A DNA stretch of 63,504 nt from assembly GCA_022360055.1 (NCBI GenBank), contig JAKSDO010000108.1:1-63504 (forward strand), in the 5' to 3' direction. Under the pieces are notes generated by a model, which was not told the origin of the DNA, made no database searches, and worked only from the letters and a program-made list of their open reading frames with translations. Positions 1-9,240 of this stretch are shown here, piece by piece (the stretch's first letter is position 1; each line of letters begins with the position of its first letter). Origin of the DNA: Cytophagales bacterium (GTDB lineage Bacteria; Bacteroidota; Bacteroidia; Cytophagales; Cyclobacteriaceae). The translations under genes and the position numbers were made by a program.

Positions 1-352
1 CGGTAGAATTCAGCACATAGGCTACCTGCTGGATGGTCCGATGACTGTTGAGGCCCTCGCCTTCCAGCCGGTATTGATACCCTGCCGATACCTTCCAGAA
101 AGGATTGAGTCTTTTGGTTATAAAACCCTGAAGATCAGTTCTGTAATGTGTGTGTTCCCAGGATGCTTTGTCGGGATCGCGGTTGTCGAACCGGATGTGC
201 TGAGATTCGACTTTAAAGGTGGTCTGAAAGTTGTCCGGAAGGGATTTACTCAGAGCCATTTCCGGGAATAAGCCACCGAAAAACACTTTGTCCTGCGCCG
301 CAGCAGTGATGGCAATCATAAAAAGAAATCCGGTAAGCCGATATACACGCAT
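1..352 (-). CDS. Hypothetical secreted protein, N-terminal part only (gene runs off the left edge)
   Basis: Manual translation of the minus strand from ATG (revcomp of 350-352) gives MRVYRLTGFLFMIAITAAAQDKVFFGG..., a signal-peptide-like start. The frame is open to position 1. It is not in the ORF track because it is truncated. Confidence 0.4.
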   Translation of the reverse strand, partial: MRVYRLTGFLFMIAITAAAQDKVFFGGLFPEMALSKSLPDNFQTTFKVESQHIRFDNRDPDKASWEHTHYRTDLQGFITKRLNPFWKVSAGYQYRLEGEGLNSHRTIQQVAYVLNST

Positions 353-931
353 CTAATACAGCAGGTTATCCGAGGGCCTCAGGATGATTTTCCGTTGCCT
401 TACAAGATTGCCCTCGCGATCAAAAAGGCCTTCCCAGAGTTCATCTTTCCGGTCATTGTTTTTGCCGTAAAATTCGATTTCATACCGAATGGTTATCCCG
501 GATAAATCTCCGTTTTTTACGGCTTCCGCCAGTGCCTGCGCTTCTCCGGACCATTGCTCCTGGATTTTCATCACCTTAAATTTGGTGTAGGCGCTGTCCA
601 GATAGGATCGAAAGGCGAGTCTAAATGCATCCGGCAGCTCCTTATTCGAAATTCTTATCTCGATATCCTCAATATTTCCCGATCGATCAAACTCAACGCT
701 GTGCCACCTCCTGTTCCATTTGAATTTGGCCTCATAGCTCAGCTTGCCTGAGCTGAGTTCCTCGTACCAGCTAATTCCGTTTTTTTTGCCAAAGGTCTTT
801 TCCATCCAGTTCACGGCCTTTTGCGGCACCTGGGATGTTTTCACTTTGCGTTCCACCTCGCTCTTTTCCTGGGCGAATAAAGTGAGGCTCCCCAGCAAAA
901 ACAGAGAAGTGATTGTTATTTTCAAATTCAT
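353..931 (-). CDS. PepSY-like / BLIP-like periplasmic protein (two tandem PepSY-like repeats)
   Basis: 192 aa with an N-terminal signal peptide (LFLLGSLTLFAQ). Two repeated ~70-aa units with the YEAKF...W..VEFD..GN pattern typical of Bacteroidetes PepSY-like (PF11396-type) proteins. Confidence 0.45.
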   Translation of the reverse strand: MNLKITITSLFLLGSLTLFAQEKSEVERKVKTSQVPQKAVNWMEKTFGKKNGISWYEELSSGKLSYEAKFKWNRRWHSVEFDRSGNIEDIEIRISNKELPDAFRLAFRSYLDSAYTKFKVMKIQEQWSGEAQALAEAVKNGDLSGITIRYEIEFYGKNNDRKDELWEGLFDREGNLVRQRKIILRPSDNLLY

Positions 932-1136
932 AAGCGACTGTTCGTCTCTGACCTTTAAACCTGAAAATTATTGAATATTGGTCATATCCCAAAAATTCGT
1001 CGAACGAACATCCGAGGTCCTTCGCACCTCACAGCTCCTCAGACCATCCGCTATCCTCCTCTCTGTGGCATACAATTCCATCTCCTGTCAGGATAATTTG
1101 CGAATTTTGACGGATTGGACGATGTACGAATCCGGA

Positions 1137-4100
1137 TTATGCTTCATACTTAAACCCCTCAAAATTCACTTTGTATAAAATGCTGTAGAACGAAGGCAGG
1201 TAAATCAGGGTAATGATCGTTCCAAATAAGAGTCCGGTCATAATGGAAATGGCCATACCTTCCCACATCTCGCCTCCGCTCAGGTACAGGGGCAGCAGGC
1301 CAAATACCGTGGTAAATGTAGCCAGCAGGATCGGGCGAAATCGCTGCAGGCAAGCGGATATGATGGACAGGCGGATTTCCTTTTTTAACACATTTTGTTC
1401 GATATCAATTCGATCGATGAGGACGATGGCATTGTTGATCACGATCCCGAGCAGGGAGATCACGCCCAGAAAAGGCATAAACCCGAAAGCTTCGCGAAAG
1501 ACCAGCAATCCGAGCACAACGCCAATGATAGCCAAAGGCATGGTGGAAATGATCAGGATCGTTTTTCTGAATGAGTTCAATTGAATGACCAGCAACAACA
1601 CGATGATGAATCCGGATAAGGGCAGATATTTCACCACCGCTCCCATGTTTTCCGAAGTATTTTTGGCATCCCCCCCAAACTGGTAATCATATCCGGCCGG
1701 CCAGGTCGCTTTTTGCCGGTCGATCCAGGGCGTAATTTCAGCTACGATCTCCGCCGCGTTTCCGTTTTCCCTGAGTTCGCTTGTAATGTTGATCGTCCTG
1801 ATCAGGTTCAACCGCATGTATTTTGAATATTGCCATTCCGGAACGATGCCGGCCACCTGAAGCAGCGGAACGCTTTTTCCCGTATTTTGCGCGTAGATGT
1901 TTAGTGTTTCCAGCGATTCCAGGGATTGTTGCTGACTGGCATCTCCGCGCATGATTACCGGGATGGATTTATCGTCTTCGCGGTACTCTCCGGTTTGAAA
2001 TCCATCCAGCATGGTCATCAATGAAACGGCGATATCCTGGTTGCTCACTCCGGCAGCCTGAGCCCGGCTCTGGTCGATATCGATGACAAATTTCTTGCTT
2101 TTTGGCCCCCAGTCGTCCTTCACGTTTTTGGTGCCTTCGATGCCAGCCAGTTTTTGTTTCACTTTCTTACTTATACCGGCAAGCACATCGGGATGGTCTC
2201 CCGAAATCTTGATCTCAATCGGAACGCCTCCGCCCCCGGCCCCAAGGGGACCGATCTTGATATCGGCGCTGGGAAAGTTGTTGAAGCAGTAGTAGTCCAT
2301 TTGATTGATGATGGCGTTGTTGAAGCCGGCATGCGAAGTATTCACCAGCATATGCGCATAGCTTGAATTCGCTTCATCCGGGGCATACCCCAGATCGTAG
2401 GACTCGGGGCCCTCCCCGATATAACTCGACCAGCTCACAATGCCTTCCTGTCGCTGTTCATTGACCAGCAACGAGTCCCGGATGTAGGATTCAATACTTT
2501 TAACGATCTCCGAGGTGCGCTCGATCTTTGTGCCCAGCGGCAGGTTAATATCTACCGTGATCATGTTGCGGTCGCTATCCGGGAAAAACACGAATTCGAT
2601 CCTTGTAAATCCGTAAATCGACAAGAAGAAAAGCATCACCAACAGGGTCAGGATCTTCCATTTATTGGCCAGCGAAAACAACATCAGATCCTTGTAATAG
2701 ATTTTTAGCCAGTTGATGATCCGGTCGACCACTCCGGGTTTTTTAGTGCCCTTTTTAGCTACTTTGAGGAACAGGTAGCTCAACAGGGTAATGACCGTAA
2801 ACGCCACCAGCCAGGAGGATAACAAAGCCAGTGAGATCACGACGAAAATCGGTCCGACAATATCGCCCATGATAGATTCTGCCATATAAAAAGCTAAAAA
2901 TGCCGCGGATGTCGTCAAGGTCGAAATGAGCAGCGGCGTAAATAACTCGGAGCACGACCGGATGGCAGCTTGCCGGGCTTGCATTCCCTGCTCCATTTTT
3001 ACCATGATCGACTCGGCTACGACGATGGCGTTGTCCACCATCATGCCCAGCGCCATGATCAGCGCTGCCAGGGTTACCTGGTTCAATCCCATATGGATCA
3101 TGCCCATCAGCATCAGTGTCATGATGGTTACGATCGGAATCAGGCTCGCAATAATGGACCCGGTGCGCAGCCCCAGGAAAAGCAACATCACCGCCAGCAC
3201 GATGAGAATGGCCTGAACCAGGTTATCGATAAAATCCCTGATCTTAAAATCAATATAATCGTCCAGGGATGAAATGCGCTTCAACTCCAGGCCCACCGGC
3301 AGCACCGCCTGCCACTCGGATACGATCCCGTCCACTTCTTCGCCCAAATGAATGATGTTCGCACCTTCCTCCAGGTTGATATGTATCGAAATGGCATCCC
3401 TCCCATCGACGCGAACACGCTGCCTGGACGGATTCACATATCCTTTTCTTATTTTTGTAATATTCTCTAATTCAACCAATTGAGAGCCATCTCCTACCGG
3501 GATCAGCATACTCTTAATATCCTCTACATTATCGAAATTTCCCGTTGGTTCCAGGATGATCCGCTCGTTGTCCAAATTGATCTCACCCCCGGAGCTTATG
3601 ATATTGGTGGAAGCAATGATGCTTTGCAGTTTCCCGGCGGTGAGCCCGTATTCGCGCAACCGCGTATTGTCGAACTCAACAAAAACCCGCTCCTCCTGAA
3701 CACCTTCCAGTTCTACTTTGGCGGCATCACCCAGTTTTATGAAATCATCGCGTAGATCATCTGCATATGCTTTCATTTGAGCATAGGAAAACCCGTCGCT
3801 TGTCAATCCGACAATGATTCCGTAAACTTCGCCGATCCCATCGTCTCGGAGCGTCGGGTCCACTCCTTCCGGCAATTCCTGCATGGAATCCAGCTTTCTT
3901 CGCAGACGATCCCAGACTTCCTGAAGATCTTCGGGGTCGACTTCATCTTTAAGGGTGACAGACACCACCGATATGCCTGTGCGCGACGTACTGGCAACCT
4001 CCTTCAGCTCCGGCAATTCCTGTGAGATTTTTTCGATTTTATCCGTCACAAGCAGTTCGACCCGTTCCGGGCTTGCGCCCGGAAATTCCGTAACCACATT

Positions 4101-4235
4101 TGCCACACGTACCGTGTAAGGAGGCATACTGTCTCTTGAAAGATTTTTATAGCCGAGGAGCCCCAGCAAAACGACAACAAACAACAAGGTAAACGTGAGT
4201 CTGTTGCGCTCAATGGCAAACTGTGTAATATTCAT
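1137..4235 (-). CDS. RND efflux transporter permease, HAE1/AcrB family
   Basis: 1032 aa. 12-TM architecture with two large periplasmic loops. N-terminus MNITQFAIERNRLTF and the overall pattern are typical of AcrB/MexB. Last gene of an OMP-MFP-RND operon. Start codon is ATG. Confidence 0.9.
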   Translation of the reverse strand: MNITQFAIERNRLTFTLLFVVVLLGLLGYKNLSRDSMPPYTVRVANVVTEFPGASPERVELLVTDKIEKISQELPELKEVASTSRTGISVVSVTLKDEVDPEDLQEVWDRLRRKLDSMQELPEGVDPTLRDDGIGEVYGIIVGLTSDGFSYAQMKAYADDLRDDFIKLGDAAKVELEGVQEERVFVEFDNTRLREYGLTAGKLQSIIASTNIISSGGEINLDNERIILEPTGNFDNVEDIKSMLIPVGDGSQLVELENITKIRKGYVNPSRQRVRVDGRDAISIHINLEEGANIIHLGEEVDGIVSEWQAVLPVGLELKRISSLDDYIDFKIRDFIDNLVQAILIVLAVMLLFLGLRTGSIIASLIPIVTIMTLMLMGMIHMGLNQVTLAALIMALGMMVDNAIVVAESIMVKMEQGMQARQAAIRSCSELFTPLLISTLTTSAAFLAFYMAESIMGDIVGPIFVVISLALLSSWLVAFTVITLLSYLFLKVAKKGTKKPGVVDRIINWLKIYYKDLMLFSLANKWKILTLLVMLFFLSIYGFTRIEFVFFPDSDRNMITVDINLPLGTKIERTSEIVKSIESYIRDSLLVNEQRQEGIVSWSSYIGEGPESYDLGYAPDEANSSYAHMLVNTSHAGFNNAIINQMDYYCFNNFPSADIKIGPLGAGGGGVPIEIKISGDHPDVLAGISKKVKQKLAGIEGTKNVKDDWGPKSKKFVIDIDQSRAQAAGVSNQDIAVSLMTMLDGFQTGEYREDDKSIPVIMRGDASQQQSLESLETLNIYAQNTGKSVPLLQVAGIVPEWQYSKYMRLNLIRTINITSELRENGNAAEIVAEITPWIDRQKATWPAGYDYQFGGDAKNTSENMGAVVKYLPLSGFIIVLLLVIQLNSFRKTILIISTMPLAIIGVVLGLLVFREAFGFMPFLGVISLLGIVINNAIVLIDRIDIEQNVLKKEIRLSIISACLQRFRPILLATFTTVFGLLPLYLSGGEMWEGMAISIMTGLLFGTIITLIYLPSFYSILYKVNFEGFKYEA

Positions 4236-4251
4236 TGAATGGATTGATATG

Positions 4252-5346
4252 TTAATTTTGAAAAAGTTGCACCCTCATGCTGTCGAGAAGCGTCTGCAGC
4301 CCGGCAGTCGCGACCAGCTCTCCTTCATCCAGGCCTTCCAGTATTTCAAATCCTCCGGAAGTGAGTTGACCAACTGTGACCGATCGCCTGGTAGCGAGGT
4401 AATGATCATCGCTGGCTTCCAGCGCAAACACAAAGTTTCCCAGTTCATCTTCACCGACAGCCTGGCTTGGGACCAGCAACAGGTCGGGATTTGAAATGTT
4501 TTCCGTACTGATCTTGAATTTGACGGAGGCGGCCATTCCCGGCCGGATGGATCTGGTATCTCCTTCGAGTTTCACAACCACCGGATAGGTAGAGGTTTGG
4601 GAGCTGATCGCAAAAGACACTTCCGAAACGATTCCCTGAAATACCTGATCCTGAAGGGCCGAAAAGGTGACTTCCACGTTGTCCTGCACATTTACCGCAG
4701 AGATAAATGATTCCGGCAATCCAAGGTTGACCTTCATGTCGCTCTCCGAGCTTATCAAAACAATTTGCTGACCGGCATTCACATTTTCATTTACTTCGGC
4801 ATCTACGGTCGCGACTTTGCCGGTGACCGGTGAGTATAATTTGGTGTACTCCAATTGTGCTCGCGCAAGCTTGCGCGCCTTCTTGGCTGAACTCTCACTC
4901 GCCCGCGCCGACTCGTATGCGGCTTTGGCAGATTCGTAGTCGCTCAATGCCAAGTTTCCGTTTTCATACAGCGACCTGATCCGCTCAAAATTGGATTCTG
5001 CCTGCTCTTCCTTGGCATCCGCATTTTTTACCGCCGCATCTGCCTTTTCATATTCCAGCTCCAGATCGGCATCGTCCAACGTGGCGATAAGTCTATTTTT
5101 ATAAACTTCCTCTCCTACATTCACTCTCAGGGACCGTATATTGCCCGACACCCGGAAACTAAGGCTCGTTTCGGTGCCTGAGATTGCCGTTCCGGAGAAT
5201 GTCCGTTCCTGTACGGCGCCGCCCGGGACCACCTTCCGGTACATCACCGGCCGGATAATGTCTTGTTGTTCTTCTTTTTTTGCCCCACAGCCGGCAATTA
5301 CGTTTGCTACCAGCGCGGTTAAGATCAATTGCTTTATGAATTTCAT
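4252..5346 (-). CDS. Efflux RND periplasmic adaptor (membrane fusion protein), lipoprotein
   Basis: 364 aa. Lipobox LVANVIAGC. Coiled-coil hairpin (AKADAAVKNADAKEEQAESNFERI...) followed by beta-barrel/MP domains typical of HlyD/AcrA. 16-nt gap to the RND gene. Confidence 0.85.
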   Translation of the reverse strand: MKFIKQLILTALVANVIAGCGAKKEEQQDIIRPVMYRKVVPGGAVQERTFSGTAISGTETSLSFRVSGNIRSLRVNVGEEVYKNRLIATLDDADLELEYEKADAAVKNADAKEEQAESNFERIRSLYENGNLALSDYESAKAAYESARASESSAKKARKLARAQLEYTKLYSPVTGKVATVDAEVNENVNAGQQIVLISSESDMKVNLGLPESFISAVNVQDNVEVTFSALQDQVFQGIVSEVSFAISSQTSTYPVVVKLEGDTRSIRPGMAASVKFKISTENISNPDLLLVPSQAVGEDELGNFVFALEASDDHYLATRRSVTVGQLTSGGFEILEGLDEGELVATAGLQTLLDSMRVQLFQN

Positions 5347-5361
5347 AATTGCGTGGAAAAG

Positions 5362-7713
5362 TTAGTATTCATTAATAAACGATAGAAATTCGCTGAGAAA
5401 CTCCGACTTTTGTTCTTCAGTCATCAACATGAAGTAATTTCCCGTCGGCCGCTCAAGATTCAAAAGATCGATCAGGAATACAAATATGGCGTTGGCGCTG
5501 TTGAATAAGGCGGTTCTTGCGGCATTCTGTGCATCCAGCAACTGGGTGATCGTCACCATCCCCTGGGCGTACGAATCCTGGACCAGTTCGAAATTTTTAA
5601 CCACGGCCTCTTCCGCCTCTTTCGTCAGGCCCAGGTTGGCATAGGAAGCCCGGATATTTTCCATTTCGGATCTTATCTTCTGTTCGACCTGGCGTTCGGT
5701 GTTCAGCCTTTGTATGACGGACTGTTCAAGAATGTACCGGGATTGTTGCACTTGCGCATTTCGGTTGCCCCCCTGGTAAATGGGCAACGAAGCCCCGAGT
5801 TGTAAGTTCCAGTTCCAGTCGTTGCGGGCGTCAAAGGCCGGGGGCAAATCGGATCCCGACCCGCCGCGATAAAATTGATAGTTATAGGTGCCTCCGAGGG
5901 CAATATTCGGCACATACCTGGTGCGCTTGTTCAATTTTACATTTCGTTCCCGGGCAGCAATATTATGATCAAATTGAAGGAGATCGGGCGAGCGCTTTTT
6001 GGCCCTCGACACCATAAAATCGGCAAACCGGTAAAACTCTTTGGGATTGTTCACGTATTTCTGCAGGGCTTCATTGTTGACCACGAACCGTTCGTCTGTC
6101 AGGTCTACTTCTTCGGTGAGAAACGGTTCGTCAATGGGCCGGTTCAACACCTGATTCAACGCCAACTGGGCGCGTCTTCGGGTAGCTGTGGCATTGAGCA
6201 GGTCCGATTTTGCGGTGGCTATTTCACCCTGCCAACGGTAAAGATCGGAAGGTCCGGTATGTCCGAGCGAAGAACTCACCCGGGCCAATTCCAGGTTTTT
6301 GCGCGTCACTTCGAGGTTTTGTTTCTGGATATTTTCCGCTGTTTTAGCCTGCATCAGGTTAAGATAAACGGTACTTACCTCCAGCACAATGTCCAGCGTT
6401 TGGGATTCCAGAGCAGCCTTGCTGGCCTTAAACAGCATATCCTGTATCTGCTTGTTGGCGGTGACAGGTTCGGAATAGATCACCTGTTGCAATTCCAGGC
6501 TTCCGGCAGCAAGGTTTTCCGGGTTCAGCCCCTGGGAGATGGAAGCGGTATTTTGATCGATGACGGTATAAGACGCGGAAGCCCCAAGATCGGGCAATAA
6601 TGAGGACTTTGCTATTTTGATCTCCTCACCTGCGACTGCAACCTCCCGGTCCGCAACTTTGACCGATAGATTTTCCTGAATTCCTTCGGCTATCACGGAA
6701 AATAAATTGACGGTCCGTTCTATGTCCTTCCGGTCTTCATTGATCAACAGGGCTTCCGTAAGCACTTCCCAACTGGGGCTATAACCAACCTGCCGCGCCG
6801 TGGCCATATTGAGCACGAACTCTTCATTGTATAACATCTTAACACCCAGATCTTCAGGATCCTCACCTCCAAGTATTCGTTGAATGTTTAAGGCGATGCG
6901 GCGGGAAACGAGGGTCTGATTAGACATGGCCACACCTGCCAGCACCCCCCGTTCCACATCTACCCGGCCAAATACCGAAAAGGATTTTATTTTCTTCTCA
7001 TTGATTCCTTCGATCAACAGTTGGTGCTGATCTCCGGTCATATGATCCGAAGGAAAAAAGATGATCCCGTCAAACCGGTCATCAATGGATTCCAGGACAG
7101 CCTGAGCTGTTTTTTCGGTATAGATATATTCATAGTCAATTGCCAGTGTATCTAATGCCGCATCGGTAAAGGCCTTGAGCTCCGGCACTCCGGCAAAAAT
7201 GGACTCATCAACAATTACCCCCAGCTTTGTAAAGCCGATCAATCGCTGAAAGATCTCCAGGTCCCTGATCGGCGATACCGGCAGCTCGAGGTAATTCAGG
7301 TTTTTGACTCCCGAGGTCGCATCCCTGGTCATAGGTATGTTCTGAACCTGTGTGTTTAGCACTATGACGGCAATTACAGGTTTCCCATAGGGCCCGCCTC
7401 TGGCCATCACATGCGAACTAATGGGGCTCATGCCAAGAATCATATCCACATTGTCATCGTTCAGTAATTTCTCAAAGTTTTCCCTTACCCTGTTTTCATT
7501 GCACCCGGAATAAAGCGTATGCTCTTCTTTAAGCACCAGTTCCGTCTTCGACCCCAGAAGTACCCTGGCTTCGTCAAGTATCGCCCGGGCGAGCTCAAGA
7601 CTCTGCGAATTTTCACAATCTACTACAATTCCCAGGTTTACTTCTTCCCGGGAATAGACGGGAACGAAAAAAAGTAGGAGGAGAATGGTCAGAACAAACT
7701 TGAGGTGTGGCAT
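5362..7713 (-). CDS. TolC-family outer-membrane efflux protein with an extra ~330-aa N-terminal periplasmic-binding-protein-like domain
   Basis: 783 aa. The C-terminal ~430 aa contain two OEP-type repeats (LNLMQAKTAENIQKQNLEVTRKNLELA..., NTERQVEQKIRSEMENIRASY...). The N-terminal region (residues ~20-340) resembles a type-I PBP / ABC_sub_bind fold. Signal peptide present. First gene of the operon. Confidence 0.7.
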   Translation of the reverse strand: MPHLKFVLTILLLLFFVPVYSREEVNLGIVVDCENSQSLELARAILDEARVLLGSKTELVLKEEHTLYSGCNENRVRENFEKLLNDDNVDMILGMSPISSHVMARGGPYGKPVIAVIVLNTQVQNIPMTRDATSGVKNLNYLELPVSPIRDLEIFQRLIGFTKLGVIVDESIFAGVPELKAFTDAALDTLAIDYEYIYTEKTAQAVLESIDDRFDGIIFFPSDHMTGDQHQLLIEGINEKKIKSFSVFGRVDVERGVLAGVAMSNQTLVSRRIALNIQRILGGEDPEDLGVKMLYNEEFVLNMATARQVGYSPSWEVLTEALLINEDRKDIERTVNLFSVIAEGIQENLSVKVADREVAVAGEEIKIAKSSLLPDLGASASYTVIDQNTASISQGLNPENLAAGSLELQQVIYSEPVTANKQIQDMLFKASKAALESQTLDIVLEVSTVYLNLMQAKTAENIQKQNLEVTRKNLELARVSSSLGHTGPSDLYRWQGEIATAKSDLLNATATRRRAQLALNQVLNRPIDEPFLTEEVDLTDERFVVNNEALQKYVNNPKEFYRFADFMVSRAKKRSPDLLQFDHNIAARERNVKLNKRTRYVPNIALGGTYNYQFYRGGSGSDLPPAFDARNDWNWNLQLGASLPIYQGGNRNAQVQQSRYILEQSVIQRLNTERQVEQKIRSEMENIRASYANLGLTKEAEEAVVKNFELVQDSYAQGMVTITQLLDAQNAARTALFNSANAIFVFLIDLLNLERPTGNYFMLMTEEQKSEFLSEFLSFINEY

Positions 7714-8073
7714 GGATTTCAGTTTTTGGCAAGGTAAAAGTTAGCACAAAATGGGGATAACTGCAAGACCGTGCAAGGGCTTTGTCGGTACGTGCAAATA
7801 TGTCCGCACCTGCCGGTTGGGTGTCCGCCGGACATCCGGGACAATTGCAATTTGGCCATCAAGGATCGAGCCGGCGCGTACGGTGGCTCCAATTCCATGA
7901 TTTAGGGAGATACATGGAAGTAATTGATGAAATGTATTCTACGCCATAGTGCGACCCATTTGACGCGTTTCGCGGCTTTGGCAGGAAATGGGCGAGGAAG
8001 AAATTCTATCCGGGCATATTCAAAACCCGGCTTGCCGCAAAAGCCATATCAAGCCGGGCGAGAATTCTGGTGG

Positions 8074-8811
8074 CTACAGCTCGCGGATTTTAATGTTGCG
8101 AAACCAGATGGTATATCCATGATCCTGTAAACCGATATACCCTTCTTTGGCGATGCCATCGGTAAACCCGGGGAAATTCTTGAACTTGCTGTTCCGGATC
8201 AGTTCGTCCCATTCCGGTGTCCACAAAGTATAGGCGACCACTTCCGTTCCGTTCATGGTATGTGTGACCTTCCCGTCTTTTACCTTGATCACCACGGTAT
8301 TCCATTCGCCCGCCGGACGCACGGTCTTGGGATCTGCCGCTATCATATCGTAAAGGGATCCGGCCAGGTGGCTGTCGACCTTGTTATCGGTGGCATTTTT
8401 GTTGTCGAGCACCTGTATTTCCGGGGCCGCAAAATAGATGGGTTTTCCGGGAACTTCCTGAACATAGTAAAATATCCCCGAATTGCCTTTTGGGCTTGTC
8501 TTCCAATCCACGGAAAGTTCAAAATCTTTAAATTTTTTCGGCGCATAGAGAATATCGCCTCCGGATCCCTGACCTTCCTTTTTGCCTTTGCCTAAAAATA
8601 CTTTCATGGCATCGTCGTCGATTTCCCAGTTCTCGGGCATTGCATCACCATTGCACTGCCTCCACCCGTCAAAATTCTTACCGTTAAATAAGAGCTGCCA
8701 TCCTTCCTTTTTCTCTTTTGAAGTGAGGGAATTGACTTTTTGGGCCGGAGCAATTGTGGAAATTAAAAAAAGCGCAGTTGCTGCGATGGAACATATCAGA
8801 TTTCTTTTCAT
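8074..8811 (-). CDS. 3-keto-disaccharide hydrolase domain protein (former DUF1080), secreted
   Basis: 245 aa with a signal peptide. Motifs GWQLLFNGKNFDGWR ... GYIGLQDHGYTIWFRNIKI are characteristic of the DUF1080/LamG-like jelly-roll family. Confidence 0.75.
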   Translation of the reverse strand: MKRNLICSIAATALFLISTIAPAQKVNSLTSKEKKEGWQLLFNGKNFDGWRQCNGDAMPENWEIDDDAMKVFLGKGKKEGQGSGGDILYAPKKFKDFELSVDWKTSPKGNSGIFYYVQEVPGKPIYFAAPEIQVLDNKNATDNKVDSHLAGSLYDMIAADPKTVRPAGEWNTVVIKVKDGKVTHTMNGTEVVAYTLWTPEWDELIRNSKFKNFPGFTDGIAKEGYIGLQDHGYTIWFRNIKIREL

Positions 8812-9240
8812 GACAATTGTTAATTCGTATTTATTTAAAATTTAAAACTAAATAATTTTAGCAGACATAGAAAATTTCATGAATCCAATTTGCAGGTGCC
8901 GATTTTACGATTTTCAATCCGGTTCCCTTTATAATCGCATTGAAATGGAGGAAAGCCTTTATTTGCGGATCAGCCGTTTATTGGTGAGGATCAATTTTTT
9001 CCTCTTCCGGGGCATCCCGTAAATGAAGAGATCCTATTTCGTTCGCGGGCGTGCCGGACAACGGGATGTATGTCCTCCCCGCAGTTGCATATACATGCTG
9101 ACGGATTGCCAAATCAATTTTCGTATTGAATAAAAACCGACCCGGCGGTCAACGGCATCCTTACGCGAGGCGCTTGAGTTTATTGATTTCAATGCCGTGG
9201 CTGCTTTCCCGCAAGCCTGCACCCTATTTCCTCCCAACCT

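Noticed and set aside
41-271. 76-aa plus-strand ORF at the left edge
   Set aside because: It is antisense to the truncated minus-strand gene (1..352), which has a convincing signal peptide.
2970-3272. His-rich 100-aa ORF (plus strand) and neighbouring ORFs inside the RND pump gene
   Set aside because: It lies entirely antisense within a well-supported 1032-aa AcrB-family gene. The composition is an artefact of translating the antisense strand.
5875-6600. 241-aa plus-strand ORF inside the TolC-like gene
   Set aside because: It is antisense to a gene with clear OEP repeats and has no motifs of its own.
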